64,000 bases of DNA, from the NCBI GenBank assembly GCA_009914755.4, contig CP068257.2, positions 24,288,001 through 24,352,000 of the forward strand. The letters run 5' to 3'. Position numbers and translations under genes: made by a program. This document shows, one piece after another, positions 47,223 through 62,603 of the stretch. The stretch's first letter is position 1, and the number at the start of each line of letters is the position of its first letter. The stretch is from the human T2T-CHM13v2.0 reference genome, Homo sapiens. The notes under the pieces are model-generated. The model was not told the origin of the DNA. It was given only the letters and a program-made list of their open reading frames with translations, and did no database searches.

Positions 47223-48439
47223 TGAATGTGTTTTGTAGGAAATCAATGCTTCCTGCTCTCAACTTTGATGTTCACCTGGATTTCCCTGAGAGAAGTTCAC
47301 TCATTAACCTGATACAAAAAGTAAAAGTCTGCACCTCTGTATGTTGTTCAAAGAAAATATTAACTTCCTACCACCTACAGCTGCCTTTTCAAGTGTATGA
47401 CAAGTAGAATTTGTTTGAAGTGCAACTCTGAACTAGGTAAAATGAAGAAAGATCAAGGAAACAAAATATTGGTTTGGTGCCAGATGTGTACTTGCATACT
47501 CTGTGTACTCCCAAAGCATGAGAAAACTTGATTACTGTATTATAAGAGCCTGTTTTTTGTAGGTACTTAGCCTTAAGGAATAGACTCTTCTAACATACTT
47601 CAAGATGGGAAAGAAAAAGAGGCTTGGAATAAATAACTATAGATAGAAGACTTCTATGAGACAATACTATATCAAATCACCATGTGGGTTCCTAATTACA
47701 GATTTTATTGTCCATTGGCATTCATTCTTTGTATATGATAGGCAATTAGCTTCTTCTTGTTGTTTTTGTAAAACCATGGAGGAAACAAGATGGAATAAAT
47801 ATTTCATTACACTTGAAAAGCATATCAAAAATAATCTCAAGGTTCACAGCAAAATTGGGACAAATGCCCTGCTGCAATGAACAAGAATAGAACATGGAAG
47901 AAAAGAAACATATTGTCCCATCTGCTTTGGTGCTTCTACCAAGTTAATAAAGGGAACCTGTGGGCAAGGGGGAAATGGAAGACCATCTTTGCTTTATAGA
48001 TGAGATAAGCCTTGCAATATAAATATTTCAATTTCCTGCTTTGGGAATGTTCACAGTGGTGGTACTCTACCAACAATTCTTCAAGCAAGGAATCTCAAAA
48101 TTAGTTTGAGATAGAAGTTCAATGTTCTACTGCAATGTGAGAACTGATTTCCCATATTACATTTACATTTTTTCCATTTTACCTCATACACTTTAAGAAA
48201 CTGGACTTTAAGCTTTAAGCTGGGGGAATCCATGAAATAATTAAAGAGATTTATTTAGCTAATGAGTTGCAAATAAGCATTACTATAGAAATTAACTCAC
48301 ATTTTGATTTTCAGAACAATTTAACAATATCCTATACCCCCACAAATAAACAAATCACCTGCACCATCCCACTAAGACTCTACTGCAAATGAATACACAC
48401 TATATGTAGGCTGACCATCTCCCTGTGAACAGTGAATTT

Positions 48440-48600
48440 CACTGTGGGACTGATAACAAGTAGCATTACTGCTGACCCTGTATTAAGAGCTTTACAAAAT
48501 CTATCTAATTTAATTGATTCCTCACAACAGCTTGTGAGATTAGCCAGGGCCATCCCATTTTACGAACCAGGTTAAGGTACCAGCTCGAGGCTATGCAGGT
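48440..48600 (-). mobile_element. Possible degenerate MIR fragment
   Basis: cctcacaacagcttgtgagattagccagggccatcccattttacgaaccaggttaaggtaccagc resembles the reverse complement of the MIR 3' region (CCTCACAACAACCCTATGAGGTAGG...CCCATTTTACAGATGAGGAAACTGAGGC). Confidence 0.35.
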
Positions 48601-48790
48601 AAAAAAGGGAGAGGGAAGAATATAAACCAAGATCTCTGTGGCTCTAAAGATCATGTTTTTGTACCCTGTGGTACCCAATTTTTTATTATAAAATAAAAAA
48701 TTCATTAGGTGAGCTAAGTTTATTTATATTTAGTGACAGGAGAAAGGGGCGCTCTTAAAATGTTGCTGCTTATCTTAAAAATAAAAACCT

Positions 48791-49080
48791 AGGCCAGGCA
48801 CAGTGGCTCATGCCTATAATCCCAGCACTTTGGGAGGCCCAGGCGGGTGGATCACAAGGTCAGGAGATCGAGACCATCCTGGCCAACATGGTGAAACCCT
48901 GTCTCTACTAAAAATACAAAAATTAGCTCGGCGTGGTGGCACGTGCCTGTAATCCCAGTTACTGGGGAGGCTGAGGCAGGAGAATCGCTTGAACCAGGGA
49001 GTTGGAGGTTGCAGTGAGTCTAGATTGTGCCACTGCACTCCAGCTGGGTGACAGAGCAAGACTCCATCTCCAAAAAAGAA
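48791..49080 (+). mobile_element. Alu SINE with a 13 bp target-site duplication
   Basis: ggccaggcacagtggctcatgcctataatcccagcactttgggaggcccaggcgggtggatcacaaggtcaggagatcgagaccatcc ... cagctgggtgacagagcaagactccatctcc. Direct repeat aaataaaaaccta on both sides. Confidence 0.94.
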
Positions 49081-49230
49081 AAGAAATAAAAACCTATGAG
49101 TTGGGTCAGCTTTCAATTTGAAGGACTTCATTTTAAGCATATACTAAAAGTAGTAAGTTTATAAGTAATAAAAGTGCTCACACATGGTTCAGCTGTAGAT
49201 TTCTATTGACTAGATGCTAGTCACGACATA

Positions 49231-49274
49231 TAGCAACAAAAATCTACAGGTTTAGCAACAAAAATCTACAGGTT
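49231..49274. repeat. Perfect tandem duplication, 2 x 22 bp
   Basis: tagcaacaaaaatctacaggtt twice in direct succession. Confidence 0.95.
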
Positions 49275-50782
49275 TAGAGTTATACTCCACAATGGCAACA
49301 ACAAACCAAAATATGAAAAAATTCCAAAATCCTCTGTATTTGTAAGAAAACATATAACAAAAACTACAATAAAACTTAATTTAAAAAACCGCACAATTTT
49401 TAAAATTTAAAATTCTCAGGACCTGGCCCTTGCAGTGGCTCTATGGATTCTTATAAAGCAATTTTCCACTGCAGGCACAAAGGTATCAATTTCATTTGGA
49501 TTTATCAATCTTCAAAGACTTGGCTGTTTCATGCAGAGAAAATGACTACTACTAAGTAGAGATTTAAGAGGCAGGCAAGTTTAAAGTTGAAAAGTCCCTA
49601 GATTTCAGCACCACAGACTATGAAGATACATATTGATTTCAGGTGTCTCACATTCCTATGACCACTGGAATCTAGTAGACAACATTCTCTGCTCTGGGAC
49701 AACATCTCTTAGGTTATATCAGATATATCTGATGACTAAAAGATGAACAAAATCTACAAAATCATGAACTAAGTCACAAGTTACACAGATGTGCTAAAAG
49801 TTAAATTATTATTTTAAAGAAGACCTGTCACATCTAAAACTAACAGAGAATTTGAAATAAGTTTTCTTAATAAGGTCAAAAATGAACAAGATATACTAGG
49901 AGAAAAAATCCAGGATTAAAAAAACACAAAATTAAAAAAAAAATGACTAAGTGGGTCCAAGAATGAAATGCAAGGTTAGCAAGACTTACATGAACTTAGA
50001 GGTACTACAAGGATTTTACTATCCAGCTGGAAAGATAATGCAGGTGTGTCCAGAAATCACTAACAAAACCGGGGAGCAAATATTTAGAATTAAATGAAAG
50101 GTAAGAGCAATGACTGCCTGTCTCATTCTGAGTATGAAGTGGGGTGTAAGGAATGGGTGAGATGTGTCAGCGTGAAGAAGAGTGGGAGGGCATTTCCAGA
50201 AGAACTCAATGCCAAGGGCAAAGGGAAGCCCAAGATGAGATGAACAGACGATGAGCAGAGTGGCCTGATCAGAACAGCAGCTTAACGCTGTACAGAAAGC
50301 AAGGGTAGCAGTTGAGAAGGAAGAGGTGGTAGGAAGACCAGAGTCAGGGTACAGTGGTAGGCGCTGAAAATGACAAGCTGAGCATTCGGTGTTTATTTTT
50401 GTCATTGTTCTTTTTTTACGACTTCATGTGCCCAGAAGTGGATTTGTGAGGGCACAGGAAGCCTCTGAAAGCTTCATAAAGAAGGGAGATAGGATGTAAA
50501 TTCAAATGAGGACATTTCAGTGGCAATAAGTATGATTCATAGTCCTCCAATGCTTTCCGAACAGTGCCTGTGTCTTTCCTAAGGAAAGATCTGATTTTCT
50601 TGGCATCAGGTGAAAACTTAATAATTCCCTGTGGCTAGCTTTCTAGTTCAATTAGCTGTTAGGTTTTCATCGTGGGCAGCCACTAGAACTGCACATTATA
50701 TTCCAGAGCCAAAAGTACTGTGATTATAAGGCTTTTTTCCTCTTTATGTTATTATACCAAAGTAGATCCAAGTATTGTTATT

Positions 50783-50832
50783 CATCTTAAGGCAAAACAA
50801 ACAAACAAAAAAACAAAACAAACAAACAAAAA
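50783..50832. repeat. (CAAA)n / A-rich microsatellite
   Basis: aaaacaaacaaacaaaaaaacaaaacaaacaaacaaaaaac. Confidence 0.9.
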
Positions 50833-51848
50833 ACAGTACCTGTGTTGTACCTTTCTAGATAAACTATTAGTTTTATGTTTTCAAGGGTAGATTTTCTTAT
50901 TATTCAGGTGAGGCCAAGAGGTCAGGAGATGATTATCATGGAAAAGACAGTTTGTTACTCAGCTCCCAAGAAGCCGGTACATGCCACTACATGCAGGGTC
51001 ATATGGGAAGCACCAGGGTTGGTCAGGAGGGGAAAACATGAGCAAGAGCCTTTTATTGTGGTTTTCATGGAAAGAATGAGCGAAGCAGGGTAGGCGGGTT
51101 TAGGACTGATTAGTTCAAATAATGGTGATGGGGCATGAGGTTGTCCCTAGTGGTCTGGTACCTGGTCCTGGGGTGATTAGAGCAGGTGAATAGTGGCCCA
51201 GAGTATAAGAAGGTGGTTGGGAGTAAGGAGCTTTTGATTGACTGGTTTGCATGGGAAAGACATGCTCAGGGGCCATTCATTTGGCCCTGGGAGGGAGGAA
51301 TCTTCCTGGGGTCAGCAGGGACCCAGATCAGAAATTACAGGAAAGATTAATTGTCTACTAAAGACTGACTGTGATCTTAGAAAATACGCAGCAGTCTAAT
51401 TCATAAATTGCATTTAATGTCTCTCAAGAGATTAAGCATCTGTGCTAAGACAAAAATTTCTCCTATCTTCTGATATTTGCCACAGAATATTAACACTAAA
51501 AATGAATGGCTTACTTTAACCTGAGATCTTTATTCATTCACTTTTATGTCCTACTTCTTTTCCCCCCACATTCACTCCTAGGTTTGTAGACTACAAATCA
51601 GAAAAGTGACTGGAAAATAATAAGTCCATATTTGTTGATTGAATGAATGAATGAATGAGGAATCTGAGCAAGGGCTAAAATCCTCCATATTATCAAACTC
51701 CAATACAACATCCAGTGCCTGGTAGCAGACATAGCTTCAATTGTAGTTGATAGTATATATGGATTAGCCATGTTTTAGACATAAGTTATTTTTTAATTTG
51801 CTTAATTAAGGACCTGCTAAAAAAAAACAAACCAAACCAAAACAGGTT

Positions 51849-51877
51849 TTTTTTTTTTTTTTTTTTTTCAGCAAAGT
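51849..51877. repeat. Poly(T) homopolymer run of about 28 T
   Basis: aaaacaggtttttttttttttttttttttttttcagcaaag, with no Alu body adjacent. Confidence 0.9.
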
Positions 51878-52361
51878 ATAATGAAAGGAGTACTGTACTA
51901 GGAGCAAGAAAGGCCTGGATTCTAAATGTTGTCTCTGGCTCACTGATTTTGCTTTGTGCTAAAATGGGAAGCCACTCTCTCGAACCTCTATTCCACTATG
52001 TATCACTTAGGAGACTAGATGAAATAATCACTATGGTTCAGCTCAGTTTTAAGTCTCTATGATTTTACAGACTGTAAACAATCGTAGGTTCACAATTATA
52101 ACAGTCTGGGATTTAATACAAAACCTCATCTTTACTAAAGAGCATTTTGATGGATTTTAATTTACAACATGTTGATTACAGGTACTACATATACACAGAA
52201 TAATAATGCCAAGTACCTTTCTTCGCCAGAGAGAATGTTACAGACATCATTTAATTTGTGCTTACAAAATCCAACTATACCTGGATCCTTCCTAGGCAGC
52301 ATGTTCACGGAGGATGCAAAAAACCCACAAACTGTGCCCACACAGTAAACATTTAAAATTA

Positions 52362-52700
<339 letters not shown>

Positions 52701-54685
52701 TTATTTCTCAGAACAGAGAATTTAGTAAAGCAGCGCATACAAGACGTTAATGCTGTTTAAGAGAACACCATGAGACACTGTGCAGCACAGTAAGGATGTC
52801 TTTCACCACTCCCAAGTACAGAATGAAGGAAAAATCTTTAAAATGGTCCATTTTGCAATTATAGCATTAGAGTTCTTTACGAAACAAGCATGCAAAGAGC
52901 AAAAACAGTTGGTGCTGAAGACATGTTTTTCCAAATCCCCATGCTTTCCTAAATTACTATTTTGCAATTTTGAAAGTAAATGATGATATCATCAATATCA
53001 TACACTAAGACTCCTGCAGAAACCACAGATATCTGTAATTAGCCTGTTGTAGAATAACGGCACCCCAGGGAAAAGGTAAATTGTATGATGTATTTTAGAT
53101 AACTGAATTACGAAGACAACCTTCATGAGACAGTATGGGAAACACTACAAAAGATATATAAACATCAATAAACACATTTTTGAATCACAAAAGGACTTTT
53201 CTGTCTTCATAAATTTGACAATAGTCAATGAATTCATTATGCTAGTTGTCAAAAAGAAAGTGATTTCTATTTTGAATTCAACTAATACTGCTAAGCAATA
53301 TTTGAATTGCAACATATACTGCTATATTATGTAACTCATGAGCCAAGTGAATTATAATACCTATACAAGCAATTTTCCAAAAGATTAGTGAGAATTCAGA
53401 GTATTTATGAGCTTAAAAGCAAAAAGAAAAAAGAATTTTGACTTAAGAGGAAGCATATTTAACATAAAAAACAAAATGAGACGTTTTCACTATCTTTTGA
53501 GATCAAATCAATTGTTTCATTCAAAAGGTTATTCAAATATCACCAATGTTCCAAGTATTCCTATTGAATTATTACCTGTGTATTACATTTGGGATATAAT
53601 ATCTCAAAGAGGACTTCAATGAGAAGAATTGATAGCTAAGTCATTTTGAAACTAAACTTGAAGTTAAATACGTTTTCTACATCCTTCAAGAAAATGTCTG
53701 GAATCTTAATCCAAAGTCTTCAAAGATATTAACTAAAACCGGAAGGCTGTTAAATAATTAAACAGTATCTTTCATTTTAAAAAGAAACATTCGTTTTGAT
53801 TTTTTCCCTCCACTTCAATCCTGATTAATAATCATTTTTCAAAAAATAAAAGCAGTTGAGTGTCTATCCAGATGTTGCTTTCAAGTGGAAGGAAGGAGGC
53901 AGGGCATATTCCTGGTGCCTTTACACAGCTGCCCCTGTCTTCTCTGTAGCAAATGAGGGAGTGGTGTTCCTTCTTACATTGGCAGCAACGGGGGAAGGAA
54001 GGAAGGAAGGAAAGAGTCATGTGGGGATTTGCAATTAAGCACATTTGGATTTGAATCCCATTTCTTTTTCAGATCAGCTGTGACCTGGGGCAGGAAACTT
54101 AAGCACTCCATGTTTCAATTTTTTTATCAAGTGGTGATAACATGCCGCAGGACATGATAGGAGAGCTGGGAAAATGAGATACCATACCACATGTAAGTCA
54201 TCCGGCAGAGAGGGTGACACACAGTGGAGCTCATACATGTTAGTGGCCTTCCCTCCTCCTCTGCTTAATACATCCTGTTCAAATCTCAGAGCTAATGCTA
54301 ACCACGGGAAAGTTCTGATACTTTTATTCAAAGCCACTGAAAATGTTTTGGTAGAAGAGTGCAATAATAAAGAAAAAAAAGAAAAGGACAAGTTTTAAAA
54401 TTTTAAAAATTGAGAAAAAGAAACAAAAGAAAATACAAACTAACAAAAAATAAATAAAATAGAACCACTGAAAATGAATTACACACAGGATCACAAAGTG
54501 CAACCTACAGGAAAAGCAGTATGTATTTTTCAAAAAATGTTAGGTGTAGCCCACATAAAAAAGGCCGAAAGTATCAAAAATAAGTAAATTGTTAATTTGT
54601 AAGATTGAAACAATAATTTTGAATATTAAGACCTTTTTGGAAAAAAGGTAAATGTTTTTCTCCATAGCTTCAAGCAAACCAATAT

Positions 54686-54827
54686 GCAAGTATTTTTAAC
54701 TTAATCATTAAGTTAAAATGAATAAATGCTAAATACCACGTTCTTACTGACTTTAACTTAATGATTAAGTTAAAAATACTTGCATTTCAAGTTCCCAACT
54801 TGAAATGAACATGGTATTTAGCATTTA
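54686..54827. repeat. Compact cluster of inverted repeats / palindromes (A-B...A'-hairpin-B') in intron 8
   Basis: A = gcaagtatttttaacttaatcattaagtt (54686-54714). A' is its exact reverse complement, aacttaatgattaagttaaaaatacttgc (54755-54783). B = taaatgctaaataccacgttc (54723-54743) has an inverted copy B' = gaacatggtatttagcatttaa (54807-54827, 1 mismatch). Between A' and B' lies a perfect hairpin, atttcaagtt-ccc-aacttgaaat (54784-54806). Confidence 0.9.
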
Positions 54828-56554
54828 AAATGTGCTTCCCTAGCTTTAGTCATCTTCTCATCTTAACTGGTAGAGCTCAAATGAGAACAAGTTAAAGTAA
54901 AAGCAGAAAATAAAACAGTAACATTCTTTTGCATAGTCCAATCTGGCAGAATGACATGTTTAGGCAAACCATATTTTATGTTTGAAACAAATGAAAATGT
55001 ATAAATATTTGGGGTTATACCTGCTGATGAAGATAGTCATCTGGCTGTAACTGTTATAACCATAACATAAGCACCCCTTTGGAAAACTGGAATCATAAAA
55101 CTTACTATATAAGAAGGAAATTTTTTCAGCTCCTATGGTTTGCGAACACTGTCTACTGTATAAAGGAAAGAAGATAAACACTATAATCTGAATCACTATA
55201 ATCAGATTGGCCTAAGTAGAAATGCACTTAGCAACATAATAAGAGAATAACCATGGAACATGAATGTGAGGTATGTTTAATAGGACTGAGGATATTAAAA
55301 AGGATAAAAACCTTCTTTTTAGGCACGTGGAAATGAATATGAATACTATATTACCAACTTAATCCATTGAATCCAGAAATATTTCTGTGGTAATTAATTT
55401 TCTGTGCCAACTTGATTGGGCCGCAAGGTGCCCAGATTAAACATTGTTTCTGAGTGTCTTTGTGAGGGTGCTTCTGGATGAGATTAGCATCGGAATTGGT
55501 GCACTCAGTAAAGTAAATCACCCTCCTCAACATGGGCAGGAATCACCCGATCTGCTGAGGGTCTGAAAACAAAAGGGCAGAGGATGGAGCAGTTCACCCT
55601 TTTTATTTCCTGGCTGCCTGAGTCAGGATATTGGTCTTCTCTTCTCCCTGGACTGAAATTTACACCATTGTCTTCCCTGGTTCTCAGGCCTTTAGATTTG
55701 GACTAAATCATACCACCAGCTCTCCTGGGTCTCCAACTTGCAGACAACAGATTGTGGGACTTAGCCTCCATAATTGTTGTGTGAGTCAATTCTGCAGAAT
55801 CAATCTCTTCCTATACATATATATCCTATTGGTCCTGTTTCTCTGGAGAACCCTGAGCAATACAATTTCTCTTCAAGTAAATCTTTGTTAACAGTCCCAG
55901 TTATTTCCCATAGTTGAGGAAGCTGTGTCTCTTTTTATCTTTAACTCAAATTTTTCAGCCATTCATACAAACTCCCCATCTCAATTAGTGTGAGTGAAAT
56001 TATCCTATATTCATACCAACCAGCAAGCCAGATTACTGTCTAGTCAAGCAGAGAAGGATAGCATATGCTGATATTGTTAAATGAATTTAATAGTTCATTA
56101 CTACTGCTCTGCAGCTGGTGAGGATCCCGGAAGGAGAGAGCAATTTTAAGGTGGAGTATGTCCAGAGAGCTCAACTTCTATTTCGTGAATATCCTTATAT
56201 CCTAAAGAGATTAAATTCATAGGACTGACTACCATTTTGTGATTATGTCCACAGAAGGCCAGAGACACGTGTGCCCTATGTCCTCACCCATCAAGGTACT
56301 TCCTTTTGGGAAGGGAGTGGGGCTCAAGGAATGTCAGGATATGTCACAGGACACAGAGGAAACAGGAAGCTGTATATCAGCAGGTCACTGATATATTTAA
56401 GGTACTTAAAACACAGGTCACTGTAACCACTTAGAAAGTGGAAACAAACTGGCTTTAGGAGGGTTTATTTCTGGTTTTGCATTTTAAACTACCATAAAGC
56501 AGTTTATCCTGCTCACAGACCTCTGAGATTCCACGGAACCTCTGATAAAGGCTA

Positions 56555-56863
<309 letters not shown>

Positions 56864-58544
56864 AAGGCTAGGATTTCCATGTTGGCACTCCGTCTCAAAT
56901 AAATAAATAAATAAAGGCTAGGATTTCCATGTTGGCCAAATGATAACAGCCTCTTTTCATCAGAGCCCACCATGCTAGGCATGTTCTGTGTTCTCGTTTA
57001 ATACATGGGAAGAAAAAATTACCCTATTTTATTGCGTAGAGGCAAAACACTATCATTTAACATACCCATTTGCATCCCTAAACACACACAAATAAAGTCT
57101 GTTAAGATTGGGTAAGCCATAAAAAGGCTGTAAAGCTAATTTTTAGAGTAGTAAAGGGCCAATCCATCCACATGCTGGGGCACTGTAAAGGGTTTTTGTT
57201 GTTTTGTTTTGTTAATGAGCAGCACAACTTGGCAAAACAACCATATGCTTTGTTATGATGTCCGTTGGCTTGTTTTCTATGAAACAGCTGTTCCTGCCCC
57301 AAACACTATCTGGCAAATCCTTCAACAGAAGTTGGGTCATAAAGCAGGGATCAAGTGAAAGAGCCCATGGAGCTAGAATATGGAGGACGTTCTGGCCTTG
57401 GGTCCCTCCTTCAGCCTGCTCACTCATGCCTTCTGCAAGCAAGCTGGCTAGGTATGTTCCCCCCTCCACAAAAAACTAGACTTAAAACGAGACAAAACAC
57501 AGGGTTCAATATCCTTAGCTCTAGGTTTTGACCTCTAGATGCCTAGTCATTAGCAGCAATACCAACATCACATGCATAAGCTTTTAACTTTTTAAATGAC
57601 CTTTGTATTTTAGTCTCCTAACAGAGCCTTGAGGGGCATGGTAGGATATATAGGCTATTACCTCCCTTCCTTTTAATAGTGATCATGTGTATCTAAACAC
57701 TCATAACAAATGAAAAAATGTAACAGAAAAGCAGTTCTAATTCCTAGTACATCACTGCTTCAAGGTGAATATTTGCTTCCAAATATACAGTGGCATTTTG
57801 GATGACTAACGCCTTCTACATAAGCCACATCCTTATTCTTTGCCACCCTGGGAAGTCAGAGGTATCAAAGCAGCTGAGACAGCAGCTCTGACATGGACAA
57901 ACTATCCTGCCTTTAGTGCGCCTGTTCATTCTTTTATTCCTCCAGCCCACCAACATTGCAGCCCTTATTATATGTGAGGCACATGGGAGAAACCAATGAG
58001 AAAAACATGAAGGCCCTGATCCTGGTGGAATTATATTCTAGGGAAAGAAACAATTACCACAAGAATTTTTTAAAAGCCAGTAAGTCATATTGTTAATATG
58101 TGATTTGTATTATGGAGAAAAAGAGGAAAAAGAAAAACAGAGCAGAGTTCAGAAGGATCGGGAGAGCTGAGGGGAGAGGGGAAAGGTAGACCGCAGTAAG
58201 TGAGCGACCAGGCAGAGTCTTAAGTGAGGAGGTGACATTCAGATCTTCCCAGCTGGCTGCTGGAAGGACATGGCAGGCAGATGACAAAACTAGCACGGAA
58301 GCCCTAAGAGTTGAAGCTGGCTGGCAAATTCCACGAGACCCGCATGGCCAGAGCTAAAGAAGCAAGAGAGGAAGTAGTGGGAGAGGCAGGGAAGAAATGG
58401 GGGACATCATGTACAGCCTTAAAGCCACAGTAAGGATTCTGAGGGACCAGCGTGGGCTGTTTGAGGGGGAGTATATGTGATGGGGCGTTTTGTTGAAGGA
58501 TCACTCTGGCTGCTATGGGACAAAAGTAGAAGGAAGATCTTTTA

Positions 58545-58899
<355 letters not shown>

Positions 58900-61511
58900 T
58901 CACAGGAGGTTGTTGCCCTCAGCCCCCTTCCCACACGAGAAGGGTCAGATTCCCTTCTTTCTCTCACACCAAAATGCTGTATTACCTCAGGGAACTGAAT
59001 ATGAAAACGGGAGAAACTGCTTTCACATGTGCGTGAGGGCTCATTTCAATTTTAATACTGATACACGCATGCTTGTCACAATACTGCCACTTCACACTGT
59101 GATCTATTCTCAATACCTGCCAGAGCTCTGTTTTCTGGGGTGAAGTAACACAGGTTAGCTTTCAGTTTATTCATAAATGGCGATGCTGCACCCAACGTTC
59201 CTATCACAAAATGCTCCTCCATCACTGGGGCCAAGACACCAACGAAACATTTTCCATACCTGTGTTTCCTCTGAGAAAACTGTTAGCATTTGAAGGGAAG
59301 TTACTTTAAAACAGGGGAAAACCTGCTAATATCTTCAGGATGAGGCAGACGTCACTCTCCTAGCCTGTCTGAAGACTCCTTAGAGGATAATCCATTAAGT
59401 TGAACTGTACATGCACTGATTTCCCTCATTTTAGTTCTGATTTTGTAATCATTGCGGAGCACTCCATTTCATATTCATACTAATGTGGTACTTCACATTC
59501 ATATAAGAATGTGGGGTCAAAATTAAAGGCACTGTGAAAGATTGCCCCTATCATTTTGATATGCATTTGTTTCCTCAGGCTCTGGGGTGACCCATAATTT
59601 TACAGTCACAATGGACTCAGGACACAAAAGAAGAAATGACCCACCTTCAAACAGCAATGACCGTGGCCATCTCCAACAGGCCAGAAGGCTGAATGTTTCC
59701 CTAAACCAAGGCTTATGAATGGCATTCAGTCGATATATTAATATTAGATTCTAACAAGAAAATTGGGTTAGTCTCCTTTCATCAGCAGAAAAGCAATTTA
59801 TCTCTACAGCCTTGGTAACAGAAGATTAAAACAAATTAAGACCTATATAAATCATTGCCTTATCATTGAAAATGCTATTTGATACCGACCCAGCAATGTT
59901 GTCATTTGAGATGGCTATAATTTAGGAAAGGAGACAAGGAGGATCATTTATATATGAGTGAAATATAAACTTGTTAGCGTTCATGTGAAACTTTAATCTT
60001 GAAACATGGCAGAGCTTTCCGAGTGCCATGCTTATTATAACTTAAAAAAAAAGTGTCTCTAAAAAAAAAAAAAGTGTCTCTCCATTTTCCTAATTTCAAA
60101 AATAGTTAAAACTCCTAACGCATTCTACATTCAAATATTTATCCTAACCATTAAGTCCAAGATAGAGGAGCCATTTATAACAAGAAAATACAGTTTGTGA
60201 TCCTCCAGTGTAATACCAGACTCTCTTAAAAACAAAATAACAACAAAAGAAAAAACAAAGGCATTCTCCCCCTAATATGCCCTTGTATTACAATTTTATA
60301 GTCAGTGCAATCATAGTTGGTGGAGAACACTATCAATGCATCACATGGACATAAGGTAATAAAAATATAATCTATGATGTGTTTACTCTAGTCAAGCTAC
60401 ATTTCTTTTTTATGTCCATGGACACATACTGACATGGGAATTTTTTCAAATATATGAACTGAATGTGAAGGAACGAATGCTGGCATTATTTTTTTATTAA
60501 CATCTATTCTCTATTCAGCACATCACACTAAAACTTAAAAGCAACCTCAAGTTTGAATCTAAAAAATATATGTGAAGCAATAGCAATAACTGGCGTCCAG
60601 AATGGGTTAACCTTAGGTTATTGTTTTTTGTCAATTTGTCAGAAGCTATTCTTGACTTCGTTAATGGAGGCACATAAAGAAATAACCTGTCATAGCTGCT
60701 CAACACTCAATAGATGAGTTCGAAAAGTCAAAATCTTCAATATTGTCCAGTTTCATATAAACTGTAGCAGTAAAAGGAGATGGTACAGTTAACCTCTATG
60801 GAGGTCTTAAGGATAAAGCTGATTTCATTTTACCCCAGCCTTCCAGAGCAATCTTCTCCTACACTTCTATATTTACTTTATATTGTTATTTAACTCTACG
60901 ACATATCTGGGTCTCAACTCATTAATAAAATTATCAAGTTATTGAAAGCCAGTACTCAGATTCCTTTGCTGGTGTCTCTCAAAATACCTGGCCTCGCACA
61001 TCCTGGGCTCAAAAATAACTGCTGCACAGTTCACAACTGCAAAGATACGGAACCAACCTAAGTGCCCATCAACCAATGAGGGATAAAGAAAATGTGGTGT
61101 ATATATACCACGGAATACTAGTAGGCCAGAAAAACCACAAAATAAAAGTCTTTTGCAGCAACTTGGATGGAGCTGGAGGCCATTATTCTAAGTGAAGTAA
61201 TCAGGAATGGAAATACAGTATGTATTCCCTTATAAATTGGGAGCTAAGCTATGATTATGCAAAGGCATAGAGTGGCATAATGGACATTGGAGACTCAGAA
61301 TGAGGAAGAGTGGGAAGGAGGAGAGGGATAAAAAACTACGTATTGGGTACAATGTACACTACTCAGTGAATGGGGACACTAAACTCTCAGACATCACCAC
61401 TATACACTTCATCCCCGTAACTAAAAACCACTTGTATCCCCAAAGCTATTGGAAAAAAAATAAAAATAAAAATAAAAAAACCTGCTGTATTAAACCAAGG
61501 ATCAGCTTGCT

Positions 61512-61816
<305 letters not shown>

Positions 61817-62239
61817 GCTGGCTACTTTTATAAAAGTAGTATTATCGGAACACAGCCTTGTCTATTTGTTTACTTATTGTCTATTGTTGCTTTCATGCTA
61901 CCACTGCATAGTTAAGTAGTTATGACAAACTGCATGATCTACAAAGCCTAAAATATCTATAATCTGGCCTTGTATGAAAAATATTTGCTGACCACTTTAT
62001 TAAACGATCCACTTACCCTCTTTTGGCAAATAGCTAAACAACAGAGCAGAGACATAATGAACATTCTTTTACCACAGGTAGAACATCTCTAATCTGAGAA
62101 TCTGAAATGCTCCAAAATCTGATAATTTTTGAGCACTGACATGACATCATGGTGGCTGGGATAGCAACACCTTTGTTCTCTCACAGTGCAACGTACAGAA
62201 ACTTTGTTTCATGAACAAAATTATCAAAAATACTGTATA

Positions 62240-62603
<364 letters not shown>

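Noticed and set aside
50019-50405. 128-aa ORF (-) in intron 9
   Set aside because: It has no similarity to any protein I know, no splice signals, and ordinary intronic composition. It is a chance ORF.
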